A stretch of DNA of 64,000 nt, from contig NMRA01000713.1 in the NCBI GenBank assembly GCA_002633005.1, positions 1 through 64,000 of the forward strand, written 5' to 3'. Under the pieces are notes generated by a model, which ran no database searches, was not told the origin of the DNA, and saw nothing but the letters and a program-made list of their open reading frames with translations. Origin of the DNA: Phoronis australis (Eukaryota > Animalia > Phoronida). A program made the position numbers and the translations under genes. Each line of letters opens with the position of its first letter. Positions within the stretch are counted from its first letter, which is position 1. This document shows positions 12,701-22,975 of the stretch, one piece after another.

Positions 12701-15700
12701 GTCGATACAAAATGAGTAGGGTCACGCTTTCAAACAAATCTCCATAAATTACATTAATGGTCTGACACTTGAACTAAACAGAGAACAGAAAAAATTTCTC
12801 ACATTTGGAGACGGAATTTTTTATTTTGTCTACAACAAACTGGAAGTTACGTTGAAAGAAAGAAAGGTTTTTTCTAATAGGTTAACGAATGCCGTCTGAA
12901 ACTTCAAATATATTTTTCTATTGAAACCCCTCCAGAATCATAAGAGTCATATCATACATGATCGCCTCAAAATGGATAAAATTTCCAAACCTTCGAATGG
13001 TGCTTACGCCATAAGTTTGAATCACATTCACGGGAACCAATTCATTGACAGCACAAAACTATGGGAGGTGAAGGTGGAACCACTACTAGAGGACTACCAA
13101 TCACTATCAATTGAATTTCTATCCTTCAGTGATAACAACAGCTAATTAGCAAAACATATATTGACTTACTGTGCGCAGCAATGATTTGTTCACGTTACCA
13201 ACGTCGACAAGAACAAGCTGAATGTCTTCGTCCATCTTTATACATTGATGGGTATACACGTAGTCACCCAGGCGAGATTCACTGAAAGCAGTTACCGCGG
13301 CAATAAATAGAGACTGATTTCAAAAAAAGGAACAAACCAAATGATATTAATTAAATATTTAGTAGACATTCTACTGATTAAATTTGTAAAAGAAATTAAA
13401 TCTTATGAGCACTTAATGTCAATCGACTACATATCAATCGCAACTTTGATGGTCTTGCCTGCTTGTCACATGGAGTACCACATAATTCACGTCAAGTTTT
13501 AGAAGACATGGAAACATAATCATTTAGACAATCCCTAGAACGTCACATGTAACCTCACAAGACTGCGAATGAATTATGGCACATACTTGACGGTGGTCAG
13601 ATGTAAGCAAACAGCTTGGTGCCCAGTAACCCGATTTTTCAACGGAAACGCATTTTAACAGCACTCTTTGGAAAAATTGGAGTTTGAATATCGCCCACAA
13701 ACTTTAATTTGCACTATAATATTTCTGTAATTAACTGAAAAGATTGACAAAATACAAACCAGTGGTACTGTCAGGCATCCGTGATATTTTTACAAAAGCA
13801 ATTATTTCCACAAAATGACAGATGAGGAAAACCAAACACTTAAAATTATACACAATTATATCGAACAAGTCAATCTGTCAAAAAATATACCAAACAGTAA
13901 CACTGACCTACAAAATGCAATGACAGTGGGGCATGAGTCAGGACTAGCACAATGAACCCCTGCTACCAGTTTAGCGCGCCGTTTTTGAAGCCAAGTCACC
14001 ATCAAATTAGCCAATCTCTACTTTGCGGTCTATTTTTCCACAACATTGTCACAAAGAGAGAATTTTTTGAAATGGATTTTCAAGTCTTACAGAGCAGCGA
14101 TTCTTAAAAATCGTCCACAAAACGCCTAGCAAAGTAACAGCTAGACGTTCAAACATTCTGATGGCAAATGTACCACAACGTAAAAGTGACCTCTCTAGCT
14201 AACATGAAAAGATTCACAGAGAAAGTCTTCAAATTAAAAGTCCTAAATGGTATCACGAATATGGCATACTTACAGGACGAGGTATTCTGAAACGCCGTGA
14301 AGTTTAAAGACATACTCATCAGTGCAGATGTCTGTCATGTTATCATCACTGAGAACAGACAATACCTGGACGACCATGTGTTCCACAGTTGTGCTCACTG
14401 CAATTCAACAAGACAGAAGCTATGCATTATCACACCACAGTTTGCTATGGGAACTATAAGAAGCAATCAAATGTTAAAGATTGCACGTGTACAGTCCGGA
14501 CACACAGTGTGACTATTGTGTTGGGACACTAGTCTATGTCGATTCTAAGTCTTTTCGATTCACGCTTGACGTAAAAACGACAACGTAAGAGCTCAGTTAG
14601 CACTCATGTATGACGAGAAATTCTAGCGACACTGAATTTGTCAAGTTCTGAATCTGATAACAATTGGAAAGGACTCACTGATCTATAGCAGAACTGGTGC
14701 TACAGTAGTCTAATAAACAAACACAGTCAGCCACTTAAAGAGAGTCAAGGAAATTCTATAAAATGCAAAAAATATTGAATCACGATTTTACGTTTTCCAA
14801 GAAAACTTACAGTCGCATGTGAACACGACGGGTTCAACAGAGAACTTTGTCTCGACGCTGACTTTGACGGACATGTTCGCGCACGGCATATTATCGACGA
14901 CAGGGCTGATCAAGAAACCGTGGTTTGTCAAGTTATCTTCGTAAGTATATTCCGCCTTCATCCTGCAACACAAGACAGCAACGTTCTGGGAACTTGAGGC
15001 AGATTCTTAAGCGACACGGACTAAAGTGGTTCAAAATTGTCAGCTTAATTTTCTATTGTTTCCAGGTTTTTGTCAAGACAAACTAACAATATTTGCACAA
15101 AAATGCGAATTAATTACATCAAAAAAATCTAGATGATGGTTATCATGTCTCACCATGCAGTATTAATATAAAGGAGCTTGAATAATGATTGAAAACGTAG
15201 TCACCACCAACTGCAAGATGAGTTGCTCCGAAGAAATTACAATAGGCACTAATAACCACACCCCCTATGTTTTTCTGTGATAACCGCTGCCTGTTCATGA
15301 CAACATTCTTTGCCACCCAGCTTTGACAGTGTCGACTATGAAAACTATATGTGGCACTGAAAACTGAACCTTGTTTTCGTTGTCAAATTTCTCCACAGAA
15401 TAAAGATTAGACATTTATTTTTTAAAACAACTCTCTTAAAAATTTTCCATTATATGCAATAAATTAAATTATGGAAAAATGAGTTTTAGCAATTGTTCTT
15501 CAGCGAACTAAGGGGAGAAATAGCATAGATGGGAACTTCAAACCAGGGTTTCAGAAAACGCATTCACACATCAACATTCCTCAACATACCTTGCCACCAT
15601 ATCGCAGAAAGCCAACTCTTCTTCACTGGCACCAATTTTTTGGCGTAGAGGTTCAAACATGGCTGCTTCCTGTCAGCAAATTAAGAACACTATGAAAAGC

Positions 15701-18700
15701 TCATTAGAATTGGGGACAATAGTTACTTACAGGGTCTCCGACTTTGAGAACCAGTTTGATGCCCAATATTCAGTAAAAAACTGGTTCTCAAAATGCAAGA
15801 CTCCTGTAAGTGAATTATTACCAAGTTGGGTGTATAACATTTCTTTGGAAATCGAACGGCATTTGGCCAGGTACTATTTGGCGAGTTGGTGATATGCTAA
15901 GCATCGAGCCCTAAACAGCCAAGATTTTAAACTGCTTAAAATCAATTTCATTTCAAGAACACCGTAAAACAACCCCACCAGTCAATCAAATGTCAAATTA
16001 AAACACTCGCATTTACACTATCTAACGATAATTAGCTGATATTGAGCTACAGGTATTTATTGGTCAACATTTACTACACAAAATCAGGTCAACCAATCAC
16101 AGTGCTAGTTATCCTCCATAGTGATTAATGTAGTCGCCAGACAGCAAAATAAGGCAGAGCGAAGAATTGCATTTGTGGACGTTGTGACAACTTAATAAAA
16201 TTATATACGGGGGGTCTTTTCTTTTTCTCATGGGACGTCGGAGTAACACGGATAGGGCCCAAGTTTGTACAGGAAATTTTGGTAGACATGGCATTCTGGG
16301 ACTGGGTACGCTTTTATGTCAAACTCATGTACGCGGAGCAAAGAAACTTTCAATTGAAGTCACGTTTCTTCTATTTTCTCGGTTTGTTTGGATATTGAAT
16401 TCCTAATTCTGAAGTATGCAGTACTAAGGAAGGGTTTAAGATGCTTAGAATGCAGTCACTTATCGAAACAAGAAATAGTGGTTTTTAGCACTTTAATGGT
16501 CTAGTTCCGTGTTCAAAAAGATTTCAAATTTTCATGACAAAACCACAAAGTATTCGTCCGTATATGTTTCGGAGTTTAAAATGTCAAGAGTCTTAAAATG
16601 GATATGAGTCAAGTTATTGTTCTGCTAGACTCAGACCCGCCATGATGTCTTTGTGTTGAAAAGCTGACGGTGAGGACATTTCTAAATGGTTACCATAGCA
16701 ACCTGTGGCACACCTTATGCAGTATTCTTATCACATCTGCCCTGCCTGTTGTCACAGTTGCGTTTTTCAGTGTTTTGTGGGTCTTTTATGGAATGAAATC
16801 ATAGGAACATAATTGTGTCTGATTTTCCATGGTTTGGGCAGTCAACAAGAATAATGATCTCCAACCTCCCGAGCTTCGAGCAGACTGAACCGGCATTTAG
16901 AAAGTATGAGTCTAAAATAAGGGAGGACTGGAGTAGAGTTCGTGCCACTTTGGGAGGTACCAGATATGTGCTGGGGGGGGGGATATGAGAAATTGTTAAA
17001 AAATGCCATAGTGATTCATGAAAATTGTTGGATGCTCTAGCTTTAAAAAAATGAAACAAAAACAAACAAGTTGCAAGTTTAATGATGATCAGACTGATAT
17101 GAGACTGTGGATCATTTTTAACTGCCTGATAAGAATTATTGATATCGAAGGAGGGGGAGCCACAGGAAAGGCCCGTCTCTACATACTTGATCACAAAGCA
17201 CGTTATTGTTAGTTATTGGATGCTTAAAGAGAATGTTTCATGGTTGAAGAAGTTTCCTTATTATACACGTAGCTTCAAAGCTCAGTTGTCACTAAAATAC
17301 CCGACAAGGGGAGATGACTCTTAACAAGGAAGCTCAAATATCAAAAATGATATGACCTGCATANGGAACTTCAAACCAAGGTTTCAGAAAACGCATTCAC
17401 ACATCGAGATTCCTCAAAATACCTTGCCACCATATCGCAGAAAGCCAACTCTTCTTCACTGGCACCTATTTTTTGGCGTAGAGGTTCAAACATGGCTGCT
17501 TCCTGTCAGCAAATTAAGAACAGTTTTATGAAAAGCTCATTAGAACTGGGAACAATAGTTACTTTGAGAACCAGTTGATGCCCATCATTCAGTGGAAAAA
17601 CGGGTTCTCAAAATGCAAGACTTCTGTAAGTGAATTATTACCAAGTTGGACTGTATAACATTTCTTTGGAAATCGAACGGCATTTGGCCAGGTCCTATTT
17701 GGTAATTTGGTGTTATGCCAAGCATCGAGCCCTAAACAGCCAAGATTTTAAACTGCTTAAAATCAATTTCATTTCAAGAACAACGTAAAACAACCCCAAG
17801 AGTCAATCAAATGTCATATTAAAACACTCGCATTTACACTATCTAACGATACGTTAATTAGCTGATATTGAGCTACGGGTATTTTTTGGTCAACATTTAC
17901 TACACAATATCAGGTCAACCAATCACAGTGCTAGTTATCCTCTATAGTGATTAATATAGTTGCCAGACGGCAAAATAAGGCAGAGCGAAGAATTGCATTT
18001 GTGGACGTTGTGACAACTTAATAAAATTATATACGGGGGGGTCTTTTCTTTTTCTAATGGGACGTCGGAGTAACACGGACAGGGCCCAAGTTTGTACAGG
18101 AAATTTTGGTAGACATGACATTCTGGGACTGGGTACGCTTTTATGTCAAACTCATGTACGCGGAGCACAGAAACTTTCAATTGAAGTCACGTTTCTTCTA
18201 TTTTCTTGGTTTTTTTGGATATTGAATTCCTAATTCTGAAGTATGCAGTACTAAGGAAGGGTTTTAGAATGCAGTCACTTATCGAAACAAGCACTTTAAT
18301 GGTCTAGTTCCGTGTTCAAAAAGATTTCAAATTTTCATGACAAAACCACAAAGTATTCGTCCGTATATGTTTCGGAGTTTAAAATGTCAAGAGTCTTAAA
18401 ATGGATATGTGTCAAGTTATTGTTCTGCTAGACTCAGACCCGCCATGATGTCTTTGTGTTGAAAAGCTGACGGTGAGGACATTTCTAAATGGTTACCATA
18501 GCAACCTGTGGCACACCTTATGCAGTATTCTTATCACATCTGCCCTGCCTGTTGTCACAGTTGCGTTTTTCAGTGTTTTGTGGGTCTTTTATGGAATGAA
18601 ATCATAGGAACATAATTGTGTCTGATTTTCCATGGTTTGGGCAGTCAACAAGAATAATGATCTCCAACCTCCCGAGCTTCGAGCAGACTGAACCGGCATT

Positions 18701-21700
18701 TAGAAAGTATGAGTCTAAAATAAGGGAGGACTGGAGTAGAGTTCGTGCCACTTTGGGAGGTACCAGATATGTGCTGGGGGGGGGGATATGAGAAATTGTT
18801 AAAAAATGCCATAGTGATTCATGAAAATTGTTGGATGCTCTAGCTTTAAAAAAATGAAACAAAAACAAACAAGTTGCAAGTTTAATGATGATCAGACTGA
18901 TATGAGACTGTGGATCATTTTTAACTGCCTGATAAGAATTATTGATATCGAAGGAGGGGGAGCCACAGGAAAGGCCCGTCTCTACATACTTGATCACAAA
19001 GCACGTTATTGTTAGTTATTGGATGCTTAAAGAGAATGTTTCATGGTTGAAGAAGTTTCCTTATTATACACGTAGCTTCAAAGCTCAGTTGTCACTAAAA
19101 TACCCGACAAGGGGAGATGACTCTTAACAAGGAAGCTCAAATATCAAAAATGATATGACCTGCATATCATCAAGCAGGAAGTTGCCAAATCTTTCAATGC
19201 AGACCAGCAATTGTATAGAAAACGAGGAACTATTTCCGAAGTGAAAGTAATCATTGTAATTCTTTATCCTAATAATGACACGCAAGCATTAACCAATTAT
19301 AGGCCAACTTTTCTTAAACAAGAGGCTTTCTTGTTAAAAACACGCCCCTCAGTGTTTTATATCAAGGCGCAGGTACCCAATTACGAATATTGGCACAGGT
19401 TCAGGTATTAGCCCATGGTCCAAAGTTAACGTATTCCTGACCTTAAAGATAACAATTTGTATTTAACCAAATATCAACAAAACTATAGGCCAACTTGACA
19501 GTAAAATTATTTATTAATTTCTGAATTTGTAGAATTTGATTTTTACTGTTAGGTCAAGTGGTCTCGTCCCTTTAGTAAAAATAAAGCAAAAAAGAAGGTA
19601 AACTTATAGCAAAACAACTGTATCAATAACACTACGAAATTTTACTGTGGTCAAACTGTCTAAGATGAAATCTCAAAAATGCTGTAATACAGTTCTAAAT
19701 CGTGATTTCTCTTTCATGTGCAACTTCTGTGATTTTTTTATGAATGCAAATCACAAACATCAACAAGCCTATTCGCTAATTACATTTGGCATTTTGAGGC
19801 GATAGTATGCTCAGAGAGATGCTAAAAACATTTCATTTTACAAGAACCAAATACACACGTGTTCATGCCCCCATTGACAGCACAGCTAGTACTGCAAAGA
19901 ATATTTACATGAAACAAAACCGATAAAAATATTTTGTTAACAGGGAGGCCCACGAAATTACAGGTGGGAGAATGAAGAATCATTGGAAGCAAATATTGCT
20001 TGAAATAATTTCTAAATGTTATGACATTTCACCTTTTCAGACAGAGCGAAAATCAATGCAAGCGTATTGTAAAATTACTGATCCCAGGTAAGGTTGCTAC
20101 TGCAAGCCCTTCGTATCTCATCGCATTCGTGTGAATAATCGGATGCAAACACACTAACAATTCATTGCACAAGCAACTGGTCACATGGCACCAATGACTT
20201 GTGTTGCCATCTATCAGCACTTAGAAGTACTTCTACATGGCTTTGTACTAGTACGTTCTTTAAACATTTAACTTTACAGTATAGAGCACTGTAAGGATAT
20301 TTTCAAAAGTGAATTAACTTCTTCATAAACTATCAGACAGTAATGGCTATTGGCTCTAAGCAGCCATTAGAAATTCTTACAATGCCCTAATTTCTGAGTG
20401 AAAACTTACCTCTGTGTTGAAAACCAAGGGAGGAGGGGGTCTCTTTGGCTTGGCGGTAATTGCACCCTTCCCAGTAATGCTGGCACGTCCATTTGCCACT
20501 CTCATTTTCTTCTGGTGTTCAAGCACCTGACTCAGCTCCGTTACTGAGAAAGGGTCTCGGATTTCCTCGTACGTATGTACCGATTCATAGATATCGTCCA
20601 GTTGTCTTTCTTCAGTCTCACAACTGTCTAGTTTGTATAGAGGGTGGTCCATTTGGGCATACACAGGTACCCTTCCAGTCTTCCTATCTAGGCTTTCGTA
20701 ACCGCTGGATTTTGTTTCTGGCACTTTAAACGGATCAATACCTGCCTCTGCTGAAGTGGAAGTATCCCACAAGGCGAAGAAAGGGTCATCTTTATCACTG
20801 GCCAGGGGCAGTCCCCTGCCTGTCTCACTGTCCGTGGTGTCAGCAAAAGGGTCAAAACTTCGCAGAGTCAGACCCCGAGTGTCTGTTATCAAATCTTTTG
20901 ACAAGTCTAACAAATCTCCATTCTGAGGTTTAAGCACGGGTAAAATATTAGAGACGGAAGTTGCAGTTGATTTCTCACTGTCCTTAATGCCAGGCATTCC
21001 TGTCACAGACCATGTTTTGTTGGCCGTTTGGTCAGGCTTTAGGACAGGTTGTCTTGAACTGGAAGCGGATTCCGGTGTCCAGTACGGGTTGACCTTATAC
21101 TGCGGTGGTACAGGGTCCAGCAAAAATGGACGCTTTGCAGTTTGTTCATTAGATGTCTGACGATACCACGTGTGCGGAGCTGATGGATTACAAAACACAG
21201 GATCTGCAATGCCTCCCCATGGGGACACTGCGAAGCACGTCGGATTTGGTTCAACATATGAAGATGAACCTGTAGAGCTTCTTTGTGAAGTTGAATTAAA
21301 GTTTTGGTCAAATACAGTTTTTCTGGGTATCTCATAGCTGTCATTGTACCAATCGCTGTTAGGTGACTGTAAATCTAAAGCTTTAAGACTGGTTGTTGAG
21401 CTCGCACTTCCATTTGAATTGTACAACACATCCAAGTCCATGTTGAAGAACTCTTTAGCAACTTTAGATCTGTTCTCAGGCGACAGAAGTATGAGAGAGC
21501 TTTCAGCATCCTGTTTATCTGGAAGCTTTTCATTATTCCCTAGCTGGGCTTTATCATTTTTCTGATTAGCTGAAACCAAAGTTGTCGTCCGTCGAGGGGT
21601 CGGAACTGGAGCTTGAATAGTAGAGACCTTGGGTATCGTGCGAGGAGCTGGTTTGGGCCGAGGTCTGACAAACGACTGTTCCAGTCTCCTCTCATCAAGC

Positions 21701-21762
21701 AGATCATCCGTTGAATGAGGTCGTCTCAAATTATACTCGGCAGGATCAAGGTTGAACGCCAT
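426..21762 (-). CDS. PIK3C2A: Class II phosphoinositide 3-kinase (PI3K-C2 alpha-like), 5' part; spliced gene truncated at the window start
   Basis: Coding exons (minus): 21762-20410, 15669-15590 (duplicate 17502-17423), 14962-14811, 14397-14274, 13281-13170, 10629-10498, 9900-9769, 8610-8549, 7361-7219, 6667-6577, 6161-6039, 5612-5451, 5050-4948, 4575-4514, 3064-2984, 2094-1906, 792-426. All are GT-AG and phase-consistent (3468 nt). Domain order is disordered N-terminus, Ras-binding, helical bundle, C2, PIK helical (DELCDYLPQLVQALKYE), as in class II PI3Ks. Orthology to the alpha paralog specifically is inferred. Confidence 0.93.
1906..2094 (-). CDS. PIK3C2A: PI3K-C2 exon, start of PIK helical domain (LTTEESEFLWEKRHY...ALELLLP)
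   Basis: 189 nt, phase 2-2, GT-AG, FLWEKRHY motif. Confidence 0.92.
2984..3064 (-). CDS. PIK3C2A: PI3K-C2 exon (HACDFGTLNQDLQEELKEIIAKDVIT)
   Basis: 81 nt, phase 2-2, donor AA|gtaagt. Confidence 0.85.
4514..4575 (-). CDS. PIK3C2A: PI3K-C2 exon (IALPDFECQVEFPKVLDSPE)
   Basis: 62 nt, phase 0-2, donor AG|gtgagt. Confidence 0.85.
4948..5050 (-). CDS. PIK3C2A: PI3K-C2 exon, end of C2 domain (LLVQGPQLIPLWPG...)
   Basis: 103 nt, phase 2-0, GT-AG. Confidence 0.9.
5451..5612 (-). CDS. PIK3C2A: PI3K-C2 exon, C2 domain (IPVCTLPRECRLVFSL...LGWAAMQVFDYK)
   Basis: 162 nt; PI3K C2 signature LPRExRL...LGW...FD. Confidence 0.92.
5649..5809. repeat. Tandem repeat, 2 x 81 bp
   Basis: TCATCACAGCAACAG...AAAATGYGTAAGTT unit repeated. 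Confidence 0.9.
6039..6161 (-). CDS. PIK3C2A: PI3K-C2 exon, C2 domain (YEKYCIICALYHGGRKV...CWDEW)
   Basis: 123 nt, phase 2-2; LYHGG and WDEW motifs. Confidence 0.92.
6577..6667 (-). CDS. PIK3C2A: PI3K-C2 exon (DTSLKDVTVFEDFFIVELESAHRLPVEWKM)
   Basis: 91 nt, phase 1-2, donor AC|gtgagt. Confidence 0.88.
7219..7361 (-). CDS. PIK3C2A: PI3K-C2 exon (DNAKTLQVEEFQDTIDQLVVSVKHLVHTYCRTFNSDF...)
   Basis: 143 nt, phase 2-1, GT-AG; an in-frame stop follows the donor. Confidence 0.85.
8549..8610 (-). CDS. PIK3C2A: PI3K-C2 exon (CPFSEEMEEDGAIYAIIDRS)
   Basis: 62 nt, phase 0-2; needed to bridge the phases of the flanking exons. Confidence 0.75.
9769..9900 (-). CDS. PIK3C2A: PI3K-C2 exon, helical bundle (QSLIQSVKAICAILGNVET...)
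   Basis: 132 nt, phase 0-0; resembles the class II VKxICxxLxxVET segment. Confidence 0.9.
10498..10629 (-). CDS. PIK3C2A: PI3K-C2 exon (SKDDLEPVVLSRPDD...ILLDTFYKEINTVRERALQ)
   Basis: 132 nt, phase 0-0, GT-AG. Confidence 0.85.
11710..11789. repeat. Minisatellite, ~3.4 x 23 bp (AGAGACACTTGTTATAGCTCTAW)
   Basis: Units start at 11713, 11736, 11759, 11782. Confidence 0.92.
13170..13281 (-). CDS. PIK3C2A: PI3K-C2 exon, Ras-binding domain (ESRLGDYVYTHQCIKMDEDIQLVL...LRT)
   Basis: 112 nt, phase 2-0, donor ACA|gtaagt. Confidence 0.9.
14274..14397 (-). CDS. PIK3C2A: PI3K-C2 exon, Ras-binding domain (STTVEHMVVQVL...YVFKLHGVSEYL)
   Basis: 124 nt, phase 1-2. Confidence 0.9.
14811..14962 (-). CDS. PIK3C2A: PI3K-C2 exon (TNHGFLISPV...SVKVSV...PVVFTCD)
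   Basis: 152 nt, phase 2-1; matches the class II RBD start TNxGxxxSP...FTCD. Confidence 0.92.
15590..15669 (-). CDS. PIK3C2A: PI3K-C2 exon (EAAMFEPLRQKIGASEEELAFCDMVA), copy 1
   Basis: 80 nt, phase 0-2, GT-AG. Confidence 0.85.
17423..17502 (-). CDS. PIK3C2A: Duplicate of the 80-nt PI3K-C2 exon (copy 2, same peptide)
   Basis: Lies inside the 1.8-kb tandem duplication; one synonymous ATT/ATA difference; probably a redundant haplotype. Confidence 0.5.
20410..21762 (-). CDS. PIK3C2A: PI3K-C2 first coding exon, 451-aa disordered N-terminus (MAFNLDPAEY...VFNTE)
   Basis: Long ORF; acceptor ttttcag before 21792, first ATG at 21762, donor GAG|gtaagt at 20410; a large first coding exon is typical of class II PI3K genes. 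Confidence 0.88.
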
Positions 21763-21842
21763 TCTGGAAGTACCCGTCACATCACTGGAGTGCTGAAAAA
21801 TATGACAATTTCATCATCAATGTATCTGGGCATTTCTCTTGT

Positions 21843-22288
21843 GGTCAAAGGTCAACTCCTGGATATCATGGAGCCATATGTCCATCACAAAAGTGTTAAA
21901 AAGTTTAGTTACATTTAAGTTTTTAATCAAAATTAAAATAATTTCAGATTCTCTTTTAACTCGTTACTCAACACTATTGACAAAAATTTTGGAACCCAGG
22001 GATTATTCGTTTAGTCAGAAATAGCGTGACCGACGTACAGCAAATTTGTACGTCCGTCACGTACATCCGTCACACCCATGAAATTGCAATTTTTCAGCCA
22101 ACAAAAATAACCTTAGGACATATTTTTACTGTCTAAACTTGCATAAGATAAAATGTATCTCACAACTAAGAACCTTAATACGATAAAATATTACAAAGGC
22201 AGTTACAGATTTTAACTAAATGCATTGAATTTTTTAAATTTCAAAAGTAGTTGCAGAAAAGTAAGTTTACAATGTCATCTAGTTATTC
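21843..22288 (+). repeat. Dispersed repeat, second copy at 59020-59444
   Basis: Shared GGTCAAAGGTCAACTC...GTTTACAATGTCATCTAGTTATTC with moderate divergence. Confidence 0.85.
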
Positions 22289-22509
22289 TAAGTAGAATTC
22301 AACTTATTAAAATCAAATAGTTGGACCACATTATAAAAATATGTAAATAAAACAAAATGTTAATTTAATGAACTTATTGTTGTTCTGTAGGTACCAAGTG
22401 TTAGTAAAGAAATGCTTAGCTTTTGGGAAATTCAAGATGCAAGAATATTCCTACAAAACAAATCCTAAGGTGCTCTAGAGTACACACAAATAACAAGAGA
22501 CCTAAAGAA

Positions 22510-22975
22510 ATACATGTCAAGTTGCTATTGCACTGAAATCAACATGTTTTTTTTTCTGCTCTGACCTGCTTTGCTGTGTTTTGTGTTGAAAAAGCTGATG
22601 CCCGGAATTTTCAAGTGGTAGGAATCTGTCACCTACTTTATTGCGCATTTTTGTCACACCCCCACTCAGGCTGTAGGAAATCTTTTTGTGTTTTTCAGTG
22701 TATTGGGTAATTGGGTGGCTTGTATGAAATTATTTCATAGCAAATGATTACATTGTCTCATCTTACATATTTTTGACCCTTCAATCTTTTTAAGAATTGG
22801 ACTAATATTTTTTTTTCTGCTGAGCTTTGAGGAAATTAAACCCGCATTTAGAAAGGATAAAGGAAATTGTTGGAGACCACAGGAAGAACAGACGCAACCG
22901 CGAGAAGAATTAATATCTGCTGGAATATTCTCTGAAACTCGAAAAAAATGCCATCGTGGATCAAGAAATTCATAA
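22510..22975 (+). repeat. Diverged dispersed repeat related to ~16590-17030 and its duplicate ~18393-18835
   Basis: Shared blocks TTTGTGTTGAAAA(A)GCTGA, TTTTTCAGTG, GCATTTAGAAAG, AAAAAATGCCAT. Confidence 0.6.

Larger units (their letters stand above)
15532..19166. repeat. Tandem near-identical ~1.8-kb duplication (15532-17363 / 17365-19166) joined by a single N
   Basis: Direct alignment with scattered SNPs and indels; N at 17364. Confidence 0.95.

Noticed and set aside
16799-17194. 131-aa minus ORF duplicated at 18602-18997
   Set aside because: Lies in a dispersed intronic repeat within the duplicated block; no domain signal.
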